Shown in pieces: positions 18,156 through 27,192 of a stretch of DNA of 64,000 bases (positions are counted from its first letter, which is position 1; each line of letters begins with the position of its first letter). The position numbers were made by a program, and so were the translations under genes. Source of the stretch: an uncultured Chloroflexia bacterium (GTDB taxonomy: Bacteria; Chloroflexota; Dehalococcoidia; UBA2979); NCBI GenBank assembly GCA_963728205.1, contig CAVSIV010000001.1, forward strand, positions 416,001 through 480,000. The letters are read 5' to 3'. Under the pieces are notes generated by a model. That model searched no databases. It was not told where the DNA came from and saw only the letters and a list, made by a program, of their open reading frames with translations.

Positions 18156-19256
18156 ATGGAACAGCAGCGGACAGACGGAACCGCCGGGGCAGCGGGTGAC
18201 CGGGACGGGCGCATCGCGCGCATCGCGACGGCGTCGCTCAGCCGGCGCCGGCTCCTGCGCGGCGGCGGCATCCTGATCGGCGCGGCCGCCGCGTCGCCGC
18301 TCCTCGCGGCCTGCGGCAGCAAGACCGACAGCTCCGCGGCCACCAGCCCCGCGCCGACGACGCAGGCCGCGGCGCCGGCAGCCCCCACCGTCGCCGCGCC
18401 GACGGTCGCGGCTCCCGCCGCGCCCACCACCGCGGCGGCCGCCGGCGGCGGCGCCTCCGCGCTCAGCGTGAAGGCGCACGAGGCGGGCGATCTCTTCCTC
18501 TACGACGTCGACAGGCAGTTGGTCGCGGCCGGCAAGACGACCTTCAACTTCACGAACACCGGCAAGCTCACCCACGAGCTCATGGTCTACCCGATCCAGG
18601 ATCTCGCCGAGATGCTTGCGAAGAAGCGCGCCGGCGACGACGTCGACGAGATGGACTACATCAAGGGCATGGCCGGCTCCGCCGAGGACATCGACCCCGG
18701 CAAGTCCGCCAGCTTCGACGCCGACCTCAAGCCCGGCCTCTACGAGCTTGCCTGCCACGTCATCGGCAAGAACGCCGACGGCAGCACGTTCCTGCACTTC
18801 GACCGCGGCCAGACGATGACGCTCGCCGTCACCGGCCCGGGCGGCCCGGCGGCGTCGATCCTCGACCCGAGCGACGCCATCGCCCTGCAGATGGTGAAGG
18901 GCACCGGCGACCTCGACAGCTCGTGGCTGTTCCAGCCCGATCACCTGGTGGCGAAGAGCGGCGACGTGAAGTTCACGATCACCAATCACATGGACATGAA
19001 CCACGACGTCGTCGTCTACCCACTCGGCAACATCAGCGACCTGATCAAGCAGCGTCTCGACGGCGGTGAGGACTACAGCATCATCAAGGGCCAGCAGCTG
19101 GCCGAGGATCTCGAGCCCGGCAAGAGCATCGACGCGACGGCCACCCTGACGCCCGGCTGGTGGGTCACGGCCTGCTTCGTCGTCAGCTCGCTGGCCGACG
19201 GGACGAAGTACGTGCACCGCGACCGCGGTCAGCGCGTGACCTTCCTCGTGCAGTAG
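18156..19256 (+). CDS. Tat lipoprotein with two tandem cupredoxin-like domains
   Basis: SRRRLL and LAAC lipobox; domain 1 FTNTGKLTHE...PGLYELAC...H..GQ; domain 2 ITNHMDMNHD...PGWWVTAC...H..GQ. Confidence 0.82.
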   Translation: MEQQRTDGTAGAAGDRDGRIARIATASLSRRRLLRGGGILIGAAAASPLLAACGSKTDSSAATSPAPTTQAAAPAAPTVAAPTVAAPAAPTTAAAAGGGASALSVKAHEAGDLFLYDVDRQLVAAGKTTFNFTNTGKLTHELMVYPIQDLAEMLAKKRAGDDVDEMDYIKGMAGSAEDIDPGKSASFDADLKPGLYELACHVIGKNADGSTFLHFDRGQTMTLAVTGPGGPAASILDPSDAIALQMVKGTGDLDSSWLFQPDHLVAKSGDVKFTITNHMDMNHDVVVYPLGNISDLIKQRLDGGEDYSIIKGQQLAEDLEPGKSIDATATLTPGWWVTACFVVSSLADGTKYVHRDRGQRVTFLVQ

Positions 19257-19452
19257 TCCCCGGGGGCGTGGACTGCGAGGGCGGGCGCGTGCCGCGGGGC
19301 GCCGCCCGCCTCTCGCCGTCCGGCGCACGCGCGCTCCGCGAAACGGCCCGCGGCTCGTGTGACGTTCGACCACGGTCGGGGCCGCAGCCGGCCGCCTAGG
19401 CTGGATGCGCCGGGATCGCGCCGCTCGCCACCCCGGGAATGAGGATGCCGCC

Positions 19453-19770
19453 ATGTGGGAATGGCATCACGGTGGTGCCGCATGGGGTTGGGGCTGGGTC
19501 TGGATGATCGTCGTGATGGCGATCGTCTGGGTGCCCCTCGTGTTCGCGTTCGTCTGGTTCCTGCGCAGCGCGGCCGGCCGCGGCCGCGCCGCGCCCGGAG
19601 CCGGGGACGGCGGCGAGGCCCCGCGGTCCGCAGTCGACGTCGACGCGCGCGAGATCGCCCGCCGCGCGTACGCGCGCGGCGAGCTCGACCGTGAGCGCTT
19701 CCTGCAGATCATGGAGGACCTGGGTGGCGGACCGCACGCGGGCCCCGGCGGCGGCGGGCCGCCGGCCTGA
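19453..19770 (+). CDS. SHOCT-domain membrane protein
   Basis: Trp/Gly/His-rich N-terminus, one TM helix, AREIARRAYARGELDRERF. Confidence 0.85.
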   Translation: MWEWHHGGAAWGWGWVWMIVVMAIVWVPLVFAFVWFLRSAAGRGRAAPGAGDGGEAPRSAVDVDAREIARRAYARGELDRERFLQIMEDLGGGPHAGPGGGGPPA

Positions 19771-19780
19771 GGTGGCGGCC

Positions 19781-20494
19781 GTGCGTGCGCACTCGCCGAG
19801 CGCGTTCGGCCGTCGCTCGCTTCGCCGCCGTGGCCTGCTCTGCGCCGGTCGTGCCGCTCCGCTCCTCGCGAGCGCGCTGCTGGTCGCCGCCGTGCTCGCC
19901 GGCTGCGCCCCCGCGGCGGGCGGCGCCGCGGGGGCAACCGTCGCGCCCACCGCGCCAATCCCCGCGGCGCCGACCGTGGCGGCGCCGACCATGCCGGCCG
20001 GGCTCGAGGGCGCGGCCGGTGCCGCGCAGCCGGCACCGACAACGACGCCCGCGCCGTCGGCGAGCGGCGCTCTCGGCGCTCCGGGCGCGCCCGGGGCCGG
20101 TGCACCGGCCGCGACGCCAGCTGCGAGCGCGCCCTACGCGCGCATGCCTGGTCCCGGTCGCATGCCGATGATGATGGGTGGGGCGTCGCGCTCCACTCCC
20201 TCGCCACGCGTCGACGCGACGCCCGGCACGCTCGCGACCCCGTCCGCCCCGACCCCGGCGGCGGCGACCTCCGCGCAGCTCTACACGGCGGATTGCGCCG
20301 TCTGCCACGGCACGTCGCGCCAGGGCGGGCCCGGACCCGCGCTCCTGCCCTCCACGCTCACGGGCGACGCCTCTTATTACGTGTCCGTCGTCGAGTACGG
20401 CGCACCCGGCACATTGATGCCGGGCTGGCTCGCGCAGGGCCTCACCGCCGATCGAATCCGCGCGCTCGTCGAGTACCTGCGCGCCGTGCCCTAG
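19781..20494 (+). CDS. Lipoprotein monoheme cytochrome c (c55X/NirC-like domain) on a long Pro/Ala linker; start approximate
   Basis: LAGC lipobox; CAVCHG...GGPGPALLP...GAPGTLMPGW. Confidence 0.82.
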   Translation: MRAHSPSAFGRRSLRRRGLLCAGRAAPLLASALLVAAVLAGCAPAAGGAAGATVAPTAPIPAAPTVAAPTMPAGLEGAAGAAQPAPTTTPAPSASGALGAPGAPGAGAPAATPAASAPYARMPGPGRMPMMMGGASRSTPSPRVDATPGTLATPSAPTPAAATSAQLYTADCAVCHGTSRQGGPGPALLPSTLTGDASYYVSVVEYGAPGTLMPGWLAQGLTADRIRALVEYLRAVP

Positions 20495-20753
20495 CCCCGC
20501 GCCCCGTCTCCCGGCGCACGCGAGTCGCGCGGCCGCCGCGCGGGCCGATCCCCGTCACGCGGGCGGGGAGTGCGGCGACCCGGGTCGCCCGCGTCGGCGG
20601 CCGCGCCCTCGCATTCCGGACGCGCGGATGCGCTCCGACGTGCCCAACGCTCGCCGAAATTGCCGCGAATCTGCAAGGTGTCCCGCGACAACGCACCCAC
20701 CCCTGTTGCGTTTCACCTGTTGAGCTTGGGGACGCAGTAGCAGGAGGTGATCC

Positions 20754-21347
20754 ATGGGTAAGGCGATGCGCGTCTCGACGGCCGTTCTCGGCTTCGTCGC
20801 CGCCCTCTATCTCGCAGCACTCTCCGGGCTCGCCTGGCTGCAGGCCGGGCCCGACCGCTTCGCCGGCATGCACGTGCCGGTGCTCGCGCCCTCCGATCAC
20901 GTCCGGCTCGCCATCGGCATCAGCGCCGGCGTGCTCGCCGTGCTCCTGCTGATCCTCACCGTGGCCGCCGCCTTCCCGCGCCGCCGACGCTCCAGCATCG
21001 AGATCCGCACGGCCGAGAGCGGCCCGGTCTCGATCCCGGCCGGCGACGTCGCCCTGGCGCTCGCGGCCGACATCAGCGCCGCCGCCTCGGTGGAGCGCGC
21101 AACCGTGCGGCTCGGGCAGGAGAAGAACGGCATCGCCGTCGACGTCGCCATGACCGTGCTGCCCGACGCCGAGCTCCCGTCGGTGGTCGACGACGTCACG
21201 GCGCGCGTCGAGTCCGGGCTGAGCCGGCGCTACGGCGCGACGCTCTCGCGGCGTCCGAGCATCCGCGTCCGCTACGCCGAGTCGCGCGCGACGGCGGCCG
21301 CGAAGGCGGCCGGGTCCGGCGCGGCGGAACCCGCCGCCAGCGCCTAG
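20754..21347 (+). CDS. AmaP-like alkaline-shock-response membrane anchor protein
   Basis: AGGAGGT RBS; two N-terminal TM helices, then G.VSI and an Asp23-like alpha/beta C-terminal region. Confidence 0.65.
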   Translation: MGKAMRVSTAVLGFVAALYLAALSGLAWLQAGPDRFAGMHVPVLAPSDHVRLAIGISAGVLAVLLLILTVAAAFPRRRRSSIEIRTAESGPVSIPAGDVALALAADISAAASVERATVRLGQEKNGIAVDVAMTVLPDAELPSVVDDVTARVESGLSRRYGATLSRRPSIRVRYAESRATAAAKAAGSGAAEPAASA

Positions 21348-22666
21348 CGGTCGTCGGCCCAGGCCGGCTCCGCCTCTCTGACGGCGCCCTCCTCGGCTCC
21401 CCCATCTGCCGGCACCAGGCCGGCGGATGGCGCATGTCCAACGCCCGGGCGGTCCATCTCGCGCCAGGCGGGGAAGAGGAACGGCGCGAGCGTCGCCAGC
21501 AGGTAGCAACCGCCGAGCGCGGCGAGCGTCGCCGTGAGCCCGGCGGCCGTCACCCCGGCGCCGGCGACCAGCCCGCCGAGCGGGATGCCGGCCCATGCAA
21601 GCGCCCCGACGGCGCCGAGTACGCGCGCCTGCAGGGCGCGCGGCACGCGCTCGTACTCCACCGCGCCGAGGATCGGGTTGATCGCGCCGCCGGCGACGCC
21701 GCACACGAGCACGATCGCGACCGCCGGCGGCAGCGTCGCGGCGCCGGCAAGCACGAAGAAGCGCGGCGCGCCGGCGACCAGGAACCCCCACGCGTACGTG
21801 CGGTGGCGCGGCAGCCGCGGCCCCAGCCACGTCAGCACGAAGTTGCCGCCCACCGCGCCGACACCGCCCGCGCCGGCGATCACGCCGAGCGCCACCGGAC
21901 TGCCCAGTCGCTCGCTCGCCCACACCGGCAGCAGCACCGCGCCCAGCGCCTGGTCGAGCAGGTTTGTCGCGAACACCATCGCCGCGATGCCGAGCAGCAG
22001 GCGGTCGGCCCGCAGGTGAGCGAAGCCCTCGCGCAGGCTGCCGAGGTAGCCGCGCGCCGAGCCGGTCGCGGTCGTCGCCGGCCGCGGCTGCGCCGCGCGC
22101 GGCACGAACGCCGCGACCACGACGGCCGACACGAGGAACGTCGCGGCGTCGACGGCGAGCACGCTCGACGCGGAGAGCACGGCGATCAGCACGCCCGCAA
22201 GCGGCGCGCCGAGCATCGTCGCCAGCCGGTTCACGCCGTCGATCAGCCCGGTCGCGCGCTCGAGCGGCATGCCGGCGTGCTCGGCCACCCCGGGCACCAG
22301 CACGCGCTTCGCGGAGTCGCCGGCGCCGCGGATCGCGCCGGCCAGCGCGACGAGCAACGCCAGGGCGCCCAGCCCCAGCAGGCCGGTGGAGTGCAGCAGC
22401 GGCAGCGCGCCCACCGCCGCGGCCGCGAGGACGTCGGCGATCACGCCGGTCCGCCACGCACCCGCGCGGTCGATCGCCGGGCCGCCGAAGCCCTGCACGG
22501 CCACGTAGGGCGCCATCTCGGCGAACGCGACGACCCCGGTGATCCCGGGGCTGTGCGTCGTCGCGAGCACGAACCAGGGCAGCGCGAGGAACGACATCCG
22601 CGTGCCGAAGAGCGACACGCCGTTCGCGACCAGCAGCCCGGCGACCCCGCGCCGCGAGCGCGTCAT
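21344..22666 (-). CDS. MFS transporter
   Basis: ALPWFVL, GPAIDRAG, VPRALQARV; about 12 TM helices; ATGA overlap with the upstream regulator. Confidence 0.92.
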   Translation of the reverse strand: MTRSRRGVAGLLVANGVSLFGTRMSFLALPWFVLATTHSPGITGVVAFAEMAPYVAVQGFGGPAIDRAGAWRTGVIADVLAAAAVGALPLLHSTGLLGLGALALLVALAGAIRGAGDSAKRVLVPGVAEHAGMPLERATGLIDGVNRLATMLGAPLAGVLIAVLSASSVLAVDAATFLVSAVVVAAFVPRAAQPRPATTATGSARGYLGSLREGFAHLRADRLLLGIAAMVFATNLLDQALGAVLLPVWASERLGSPVALGVIAGAGGVGAVGGNFVLTWLGPRLPRHRTYAWGFLVAGAPRFFVLAGAATLPPAVAIVLVCGVAGGAINPILGAVEYERVPRALQARVLGAVGALAWAGIPLGGLVAGAGVTAAGLTATLAALGGCYLLATLAPFLFPAWREMDRPGVGHAPSAGLVPADGGAEEGAVREAEPAWADDR

Positions 22667-23307
22667 CGCGTCGCGTCGTCGCCCGCCGGGTGCGCGTCGC
22701 CGCCGGTCGCGACTGCGAGCCGCGGCAGCACCTCGAGTTGCACGACGACCGCCTCGGTGCCGGCGGGCGCCGCGCGCTCCGGATCGTGTTCGCGGTAGCG
22801 CGCGACCACCGCGTAGAGGTCGGCGATCAGCGCGCGCGCCTCCTCCGGTGTGAGCCGGAGGAGGAAGTCGCTCAGCGTCGCCGCTTCGCGCCACGCGCGG
22901 TCGACGGTCGCGAGGCCGTCGACCCAGGCGCGCTCGCGCGCGGCGTGTGCGTCGGCGACGGCGCGGAGGTAGCCCTCGGCGAGCGCCTGCTCGCCCGGGT
23001 CGCGCGGCGTCTCCGGCACGTCGAGCCACGTGTAGCGCTGCGCGGCCCGCCACCAGCGCTCACGCGCGGTGCCGCGATTCCGGTCTTCGACGACGAAGCC
23101 GTAGTGCGCGAGTTGCCGCAGGTGGTAGCTCGTCGCGCCCGTCGACTCGCCGGCGCGCCGAGCGAGCATCGTGGCGGTGGCCGGGCCGTCCTCGCGCAGG
23201 GCGGCGAGGAGGCGCATGCGGAGCGGGTGCGCGAGGCCGCGCAGCGACACCGCGTCGAGACGGGCGGTGGCGGCGGGATCGGCGAAGGGCGGGTCGACGG
23301 GCTCCAT
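22663..23307 (-). CDS. ArsR-like winged-helix transcriptional regulator
   Basis: LRGLAHPLRMRLL, SYHLRQLA..GFV, RERWW. Confidence 0.9.
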   Translation of the reverse strand: MEPVDPPFADPAATARLDAVSLRGLAHPLRMRLLAALREDGPATATMLARRAGESTGATSYHLRQLAHYGFVVEDRNRGTARERWWRAAQRYTWLDVPETPRDPGEQALAEGYLRAVADAHAARERAWVDGLATVDRAWREAATLSDFLLRLTPEEARALIADLYAVVARYREHDPERAAPAGTEAVVVQLEVLPRLAVATGGDAHPAGDDATR

Positions 23308-23310
23308 TCG

Positions 23311-23343
23311 TGCAAAGATATCTTTGCATCCAGATCTTTGCAA
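23311..23343. promoter_or_regulatory. Operator palindrome for the ArsR-like regulator, plus a second half-site
   Basis: Perfect 18-bp palindrome TGCAAAGATATCTTTGCA at 23311-23328, followed by AGATCTTTGCA, 3 bp from the start codon. Confidence 0.75.
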
Positions 23344-23514
23344 TGGCAGGCGAGGCGATGGACGTGGCCCGTCGTCCCTGTTGCAGGTGCGTTGCAGCGC
23401 AAACCTTCACGTTGACGGGAGGATCGGCCGGGGGTACGGTCGATCCTCCCACTCACCCGGGCCGGGCTGCGACCACCACCGTCGCCCATCCCGACCACGG
23501 AAGGCGCTGCCCCG

Positions 23515-24876
23515 ATGCCGCCCGCACCGCCGCCCCGCATGGGCGGCCCCGGACCGACGAACGGCGTCTCGCTGCGCCGCGCGTTCACGGCCTTCCACAA
23601 CGTCGACTTCCGCTGGCTCTGGGTGTCCACGGCCGCCTCGTTCGCCGGCATGCAGATGCAGCTGATCGCGCGCGGCGTGCTCGCCTGGGACCTCTCGCAC
23701 TCCTACGCCGTCGTCGGTCTCGTCGAGGCCTCGTTTGCATTCCCGATGGCGATCTTTGCGCTGCCCGGCGGCGCCATCGTCGACCGCCTCGAGAAACGTC
23801 GCATCGTCCTCTTCTCGCAGGGGACGATGGGCATGCTCGGCATCGCCACCGCGATCCTGATCGCGACGCACCTGATCACGATCCCGCTGCTCTTCGCGGT
23901 CGGCCTGATCCAGGGCACGCTCTTCAGCTTCAACGGCCCGGCGCGCATGGCACTGCTCACCGAGCTCGTCAGCGACGATGACCTCACGCCGGCCATCGCC
24001 CTCCAGAACATCGCGATGAACGCGACGCGCATCATCGGTCCGACGGTCGCGGCGATCGTGATCTCGATCTCGGGCATCGCGACCGCGTACTACATCACCG
24101 GCGGTACGTACCTGTTCACCGTCCTGGCGATGCTGATGCTCCCGAAGACCACCGGCCACCTCGGGATGATCCACCAGACCATCCCGAAGGAGATTGGCGC
24201 CGGCCTCAGCCACGTCTTCGGCCACCACGCGCGGCGGTCGCTGATGCTCTCGGCGCTCGTGCTGACGCTCTTCATCATGCCGTACCGCATCCTGCTGCCC
24301 GGCTTCGCCGACCGGAACCTGGGCAACCCCGACTTCTACGGGCTGATGATGACCGTGACGGGCGCCGGCGGTCTGATCGGGTCGTTCGTCGTCGCGGCCG
24401 TGTCCGACTACGCGCGCAAGCCCCTGCTGCAGCTCGTGATCGGCCTCTTCTCCGCGCTGTCGCTCGTCGGGCTCGGCGTGCTCAGCCGGCCCTTCGGCAT
24501 CGACGGCGCGCTGGTGGCGCTCTGCCTCGTCGGTATCGGCTCGACGGCCTACATGACGCTCAACCAGACGATGCTGATCGCCCAGTCGGACCGGCACTAC
24601 CACGGCCGCGTGATGAGCATCTTCATGGTCACGTTCAGCACGATGCCGCTGATGTCGCTGCCGCTCGGCTACTTCGCGGACTCCATTGGCGCCGCCAACC
24701 TCTTCATCATCCAGGGCGTGATCGTCGGCGCCGCGCTGCTCGCGCTGGCAATGGCGGTCCCGGGCTTCACCTTCGGCGTCCAGGAGCCGGCCGTCGCCGT
24801 GGAGCCGGACCAGTCCGGCGCGCGCGATCTCGCGTTCGCCGCCCGTTCGCACGACGACGCGGCGGGCGCCGGCTAG
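23515..24876 (+). CDS. MFS transporter (MFS_3/EntS-like)
   Basis: FRWLW, GGAIVDRLEKR, PARMALL, TRIIGP, GRVMS. Confidence 0.92.
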   Translation: MPPAPPPRMGGPGPTNGVSLRRAFTAFHNVDFRWLWVSTAASFAGMQMQLIARGVLAWDLSHSYAVVGLVEASFAFPMAIFALPGGAIVDRLEKRRIVLFSQGTMGMLGIATAILIATHLITIPLLFAVGLIQGTLFSFNGPARMALLTELVSDDDLTPAIALQNIAMNATRIIGPTVAAIVISISGIATAYYITGGTYLFTVLAMLMLPKTTGHLGMIHQTIPKEIGAGLSHVFGHHARRSLMLSALVLTLFIMPYRILLPGFADRNLGNPDFYGLMMTVTGAGGLIGSFVVAAVSDYARKPLLQLVIGLFSALSLVGLGVLSRPFGIDGALVALCLVGIGSTAYMTLNQTMLIAQSDRHYHGRVMSIFMVTFSTMPLMSLPLGYFADSIGAANLFIIQGVIVGAALLALAMAVPGFTFGVQEPAVAVEPDQSGARDLAFAARSHDDAAGAG

Positions 24877-24961
24877 CCGCCCCTTCGCCCCCGGTTCTCC
24901 GCGCACGCGGGCGGGCCATGCAGCCCGCCCGCGTCGTTGTGTGCCGCCGCGACCTCAATAC

Positions 24962-24995
24962 TTACTTGCTGAGTAATCAACGCGTTGCTATAGAT
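24962..24995 (+). promoter_or_regulatory. Putative PadR operator and extended -10 element of a probably leaderless transcript
   Basis: TTACT-N5-AGTAA palindrome at 24962-24976; TGcTATAGAT just before ATG 25001; no RBS. Confidence 0.5.
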
Positions 24996-25000
24996 CCTGC

Positions 25001-25549
25001 ATGCCCGCCGACCGCCCGCTCCTCCCCGGCGAGTACGCCGTCCTCGGCCTGCTCGCGGTCCGCCCGCAGCACGGCTACGAGATGGCGCGCACCTTCGGCG
25101 AACCGCCGCTCGCCGACGTCTGCCCCGTAGAGCAGAGCCTGCTCTACGCGTACCTGCGCAACCTCGAGCGGCGCGGCCTCGTCGACTGGGAGGAGGTGCG
25201 CGCCGGCAATCGCCCGCCGCGCAAGATCTACGCGCCGAGCGAGGACGGCTGGTCCCACCTGCGCGAGTGGCTCCACGCCCCCGTGGAGTGCATGCGCGAA
25301 ACGCGCCTCGACTTCCTGCTCAAGCTCTGGTTCCTGCGCCAGCTCGACCCGAGCGGCGAGCGCCGCCTCGTGGAGCAGCAGGTCGCCGTGTGCGAGCGCT
25401 ACGTCGCCGAGGCGCGTGCGCGTGCGCGCGCGGCGGACGGCTTCGGGGCCGTGGTCTGGGAGTCGAAGTGGCGCGTCGGGCAGGCGACGCGGGCGTGGCT
25501 GCTGGCTCACCTCGCGCGCACGCCGCCGCCCGGCCGCGAGGCGTCGTGA
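25001..25549 (+). CDS. PadR-family transcriptional regulator
   Basis: VLGLL..RPQHGYEM, LYAYLRNLE..GLV, PPRKIY, FLLKLWF. Confidence 0.92.
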   Translation: MPADRPLLPGEYAVLGLLAVRPQHGYEMARTFGEPPLADVCPVEQSLLYAYLRNLERRGLVDWEEVRAGNRPPRKIYAPSEDGWSHLREWLHAPVECMRETRLDFLLKLWFLRQLDPSGERRLVEQQVAVCERYVAEARARARAADGFGAVVWESKWRVGQATRAWLLAHLARTPPPGREAS

Positions 25550-26370
25550 GGCGCGCATCCGTGGGCGTGCGTGCCGCGCTCGTCGCGGTCCTCGCCGCCG
25601 GCGCCGTCGTCGCGGCGTGCGGCCGCGCCGGCGGCAGCGGCACGTCGATCACCGTGTCGGCCGCCGCCTCGCTCACCGACGCCTTCAGCGCCGTGGCGCA
25701 GGCGTACGAGCAGGCACACCCCGGAACACAGGTCAGGTTGAACTTCGGCGCGTCGTCGGCGCTCGCGACGCAGATCACGCAGGGCGCGCCCGTCGACGTC
25801 TTCGCCTCGGCGAACGAAGCCCAGATGCAGGTCGTCGCGCGGGCCGGTCTCGCGTCGCAGCCACGGGACTTCGCCGCCAACCGCATCGTGATCGCGGTGC
25901 CGCACGGCGCCACCGCCGTGCGCGCGTTCGCGGACCTCGCGCGGCCGGGCGTTCGCCTCGTGCTGGCCGGCGCCGAGGTGCCCGCCGGCGTCTACGCGCG
26001 CGCGGCGTTCCTGGCGGCCGGCGCCGCCGGGGCCTTCGGCCCGGACTTCGATCGCCGCGTCCTCACGAACCTGGTGAGCGAGGAGACCGACGTGCGCGCC
26101 GTCCTCGCGAAGGTCGAGCTGGGCGAGGCCGACGCCGGCGTCGTCTATGCCACCGATGCGCGCGTGGCGGGCGCGAAGGTCGACGTCGTGCCGATCCCCG
26201 ACGCCTACGCGCAGCCGGCGCGCTACCCGATTGCCGCCGTCGGCGCGGACGGCGGGTCGGCAACGGCCCGCGACTTCGTTGCGTTCGTGCTCTCCCCCGA
26301 CGGGGAGCGCCTCCTCGCCGGCTTCGGCTTCGCGGCGCCAGACGCGACGCCCGCCGCAACGGCGCCGTAG
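25546..26370 (+). CDS. modA: Molybdate ABC transporter substrate-binding lipoprotein
   Basis: VAAC lipobox; SAAASLTDAF, NFGASSALATQI.QGAP.DVFASA, VPAGVYA, GEADAGVVYATD. Confidence 0.95.
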   Translation: MRRASVGVRAALVAVLAAGAVVAACGRAGGSGTSITVSAAASLTDAFSAVAQAYEQAHPGTQVRLNFGASSALATQITQGAPVDVFASANEAQMQVVARAGLASQPRDFAANRIVIAVPHGATAVRAFADLARPGVRLVLAGAEVPAGVYARAAFLAAGAAGAFGPDFDRRVLTNLVSEETDVRAVLAKVELGEADAGVVYATDARVAGAKVDVVPIPDAYAQPARYPIAAVGADGGSATARDFVAFVLSPDGERLLAGFGFAAPDATPAATAP

Positions 26371-26376
26371 CCTCCA

Positions 26377-27192
26377 ATGCGCCGCTCGCCCGCCGTCGAC
26401 CGCTCCGCCGCCTGGGCGCTCGTGCTGCTCGGCGGCGCCTTCGCGCTCTTCTTCGCGCTGCCGTTCCTCGGGCTGCTCGCGCAGGCCGCGTCCGACGGCC
26501 GCGTCTGGTCGCTGCTCCGCGGCCGCGCGGCGCAGCAGGCGCTCACGCTCTCGCTCACCACCGCCACGCTGACCACCGTGATCGCCCTCGTCTTCGGGAC
26601 GCCCGTGGCCTACGCGCTCTCCCGCGGGCGCCTGCCCGCCCGGCCACTGCTCGACGCGCTCGTCGACCTCCCGATCGTCCTCCCGCCGACCGTGGCGGGC
26701 GTCGCGCTGCTCACCGCGTTCGGCCGGCGCGGCCTCTTCGGCGCGCCGCTCTCGCAGTGGTTCGGCGTCGAGCTCACGTTCACCACCGCCGCCGTCGTCT
26801 GCGCGCAGCTGATCGTCGCGGCGCCGTTCTATGTGCGCGCCGCGCGCGGCGGCTTCGACGCCGTCGACCCGCAACTCGAGCGCGTCGCCTACACGCTCGG
26901 CGCGTCGCGCGTCGAGACGTTCTTCCGCATCACCGTGCCGCAGGCGCGGCCGGCGCTGCTCGCCGGCGTCGTGCTGTGCTGGACGCGCGCGCTCGGCGAG
27001 CTCGGCGCGACGCTGATCTTCGCGGGCAGCCTCGCCGGCACAACCCGCACCATGCCGCTCGCGATCATCGACGCGCTCGAGCGCTCCAGCCTCGGCCTCA
27101 GCGGCGCGATCAGCCTCTCGCTGATCCTGCTCGGCGTCGCGCTCGTGCTGCTCATCGCCTTCCGGCTCGTCGCCCCGGAGCACCGCACGTGA
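26377..27192 (+). CDS. modB: Molybdate ABC transporter permease
   Basis: DLPIVLPPTVAGVALL, AYTLGAS, RALGELGAT, TRTMPLAI. Confidence 0.95.
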   Translation: MRRSPAVDRSAAWALVLLGGAFALFFALPFLGLLAQAASDGRVWSLLRGRAAQQALTLSLTTATLTTVIALVFGTPVAYALSRGRLPARPLLDALVDLPIVLPPTVAGVALLTAFGRRGLFGAPLSQWFGVELTFTTAAVVCAQLIVAAPFYVRAARGGFDAVDPQLERVAYTLGASRVETFFRITVPQARPALLAGVVLCWTRALGELGATLIFAGSLAGTTRTMPLAIIDALERSSLGLSGAISLSLILLGVALVLLIAFRLVAPEHRT

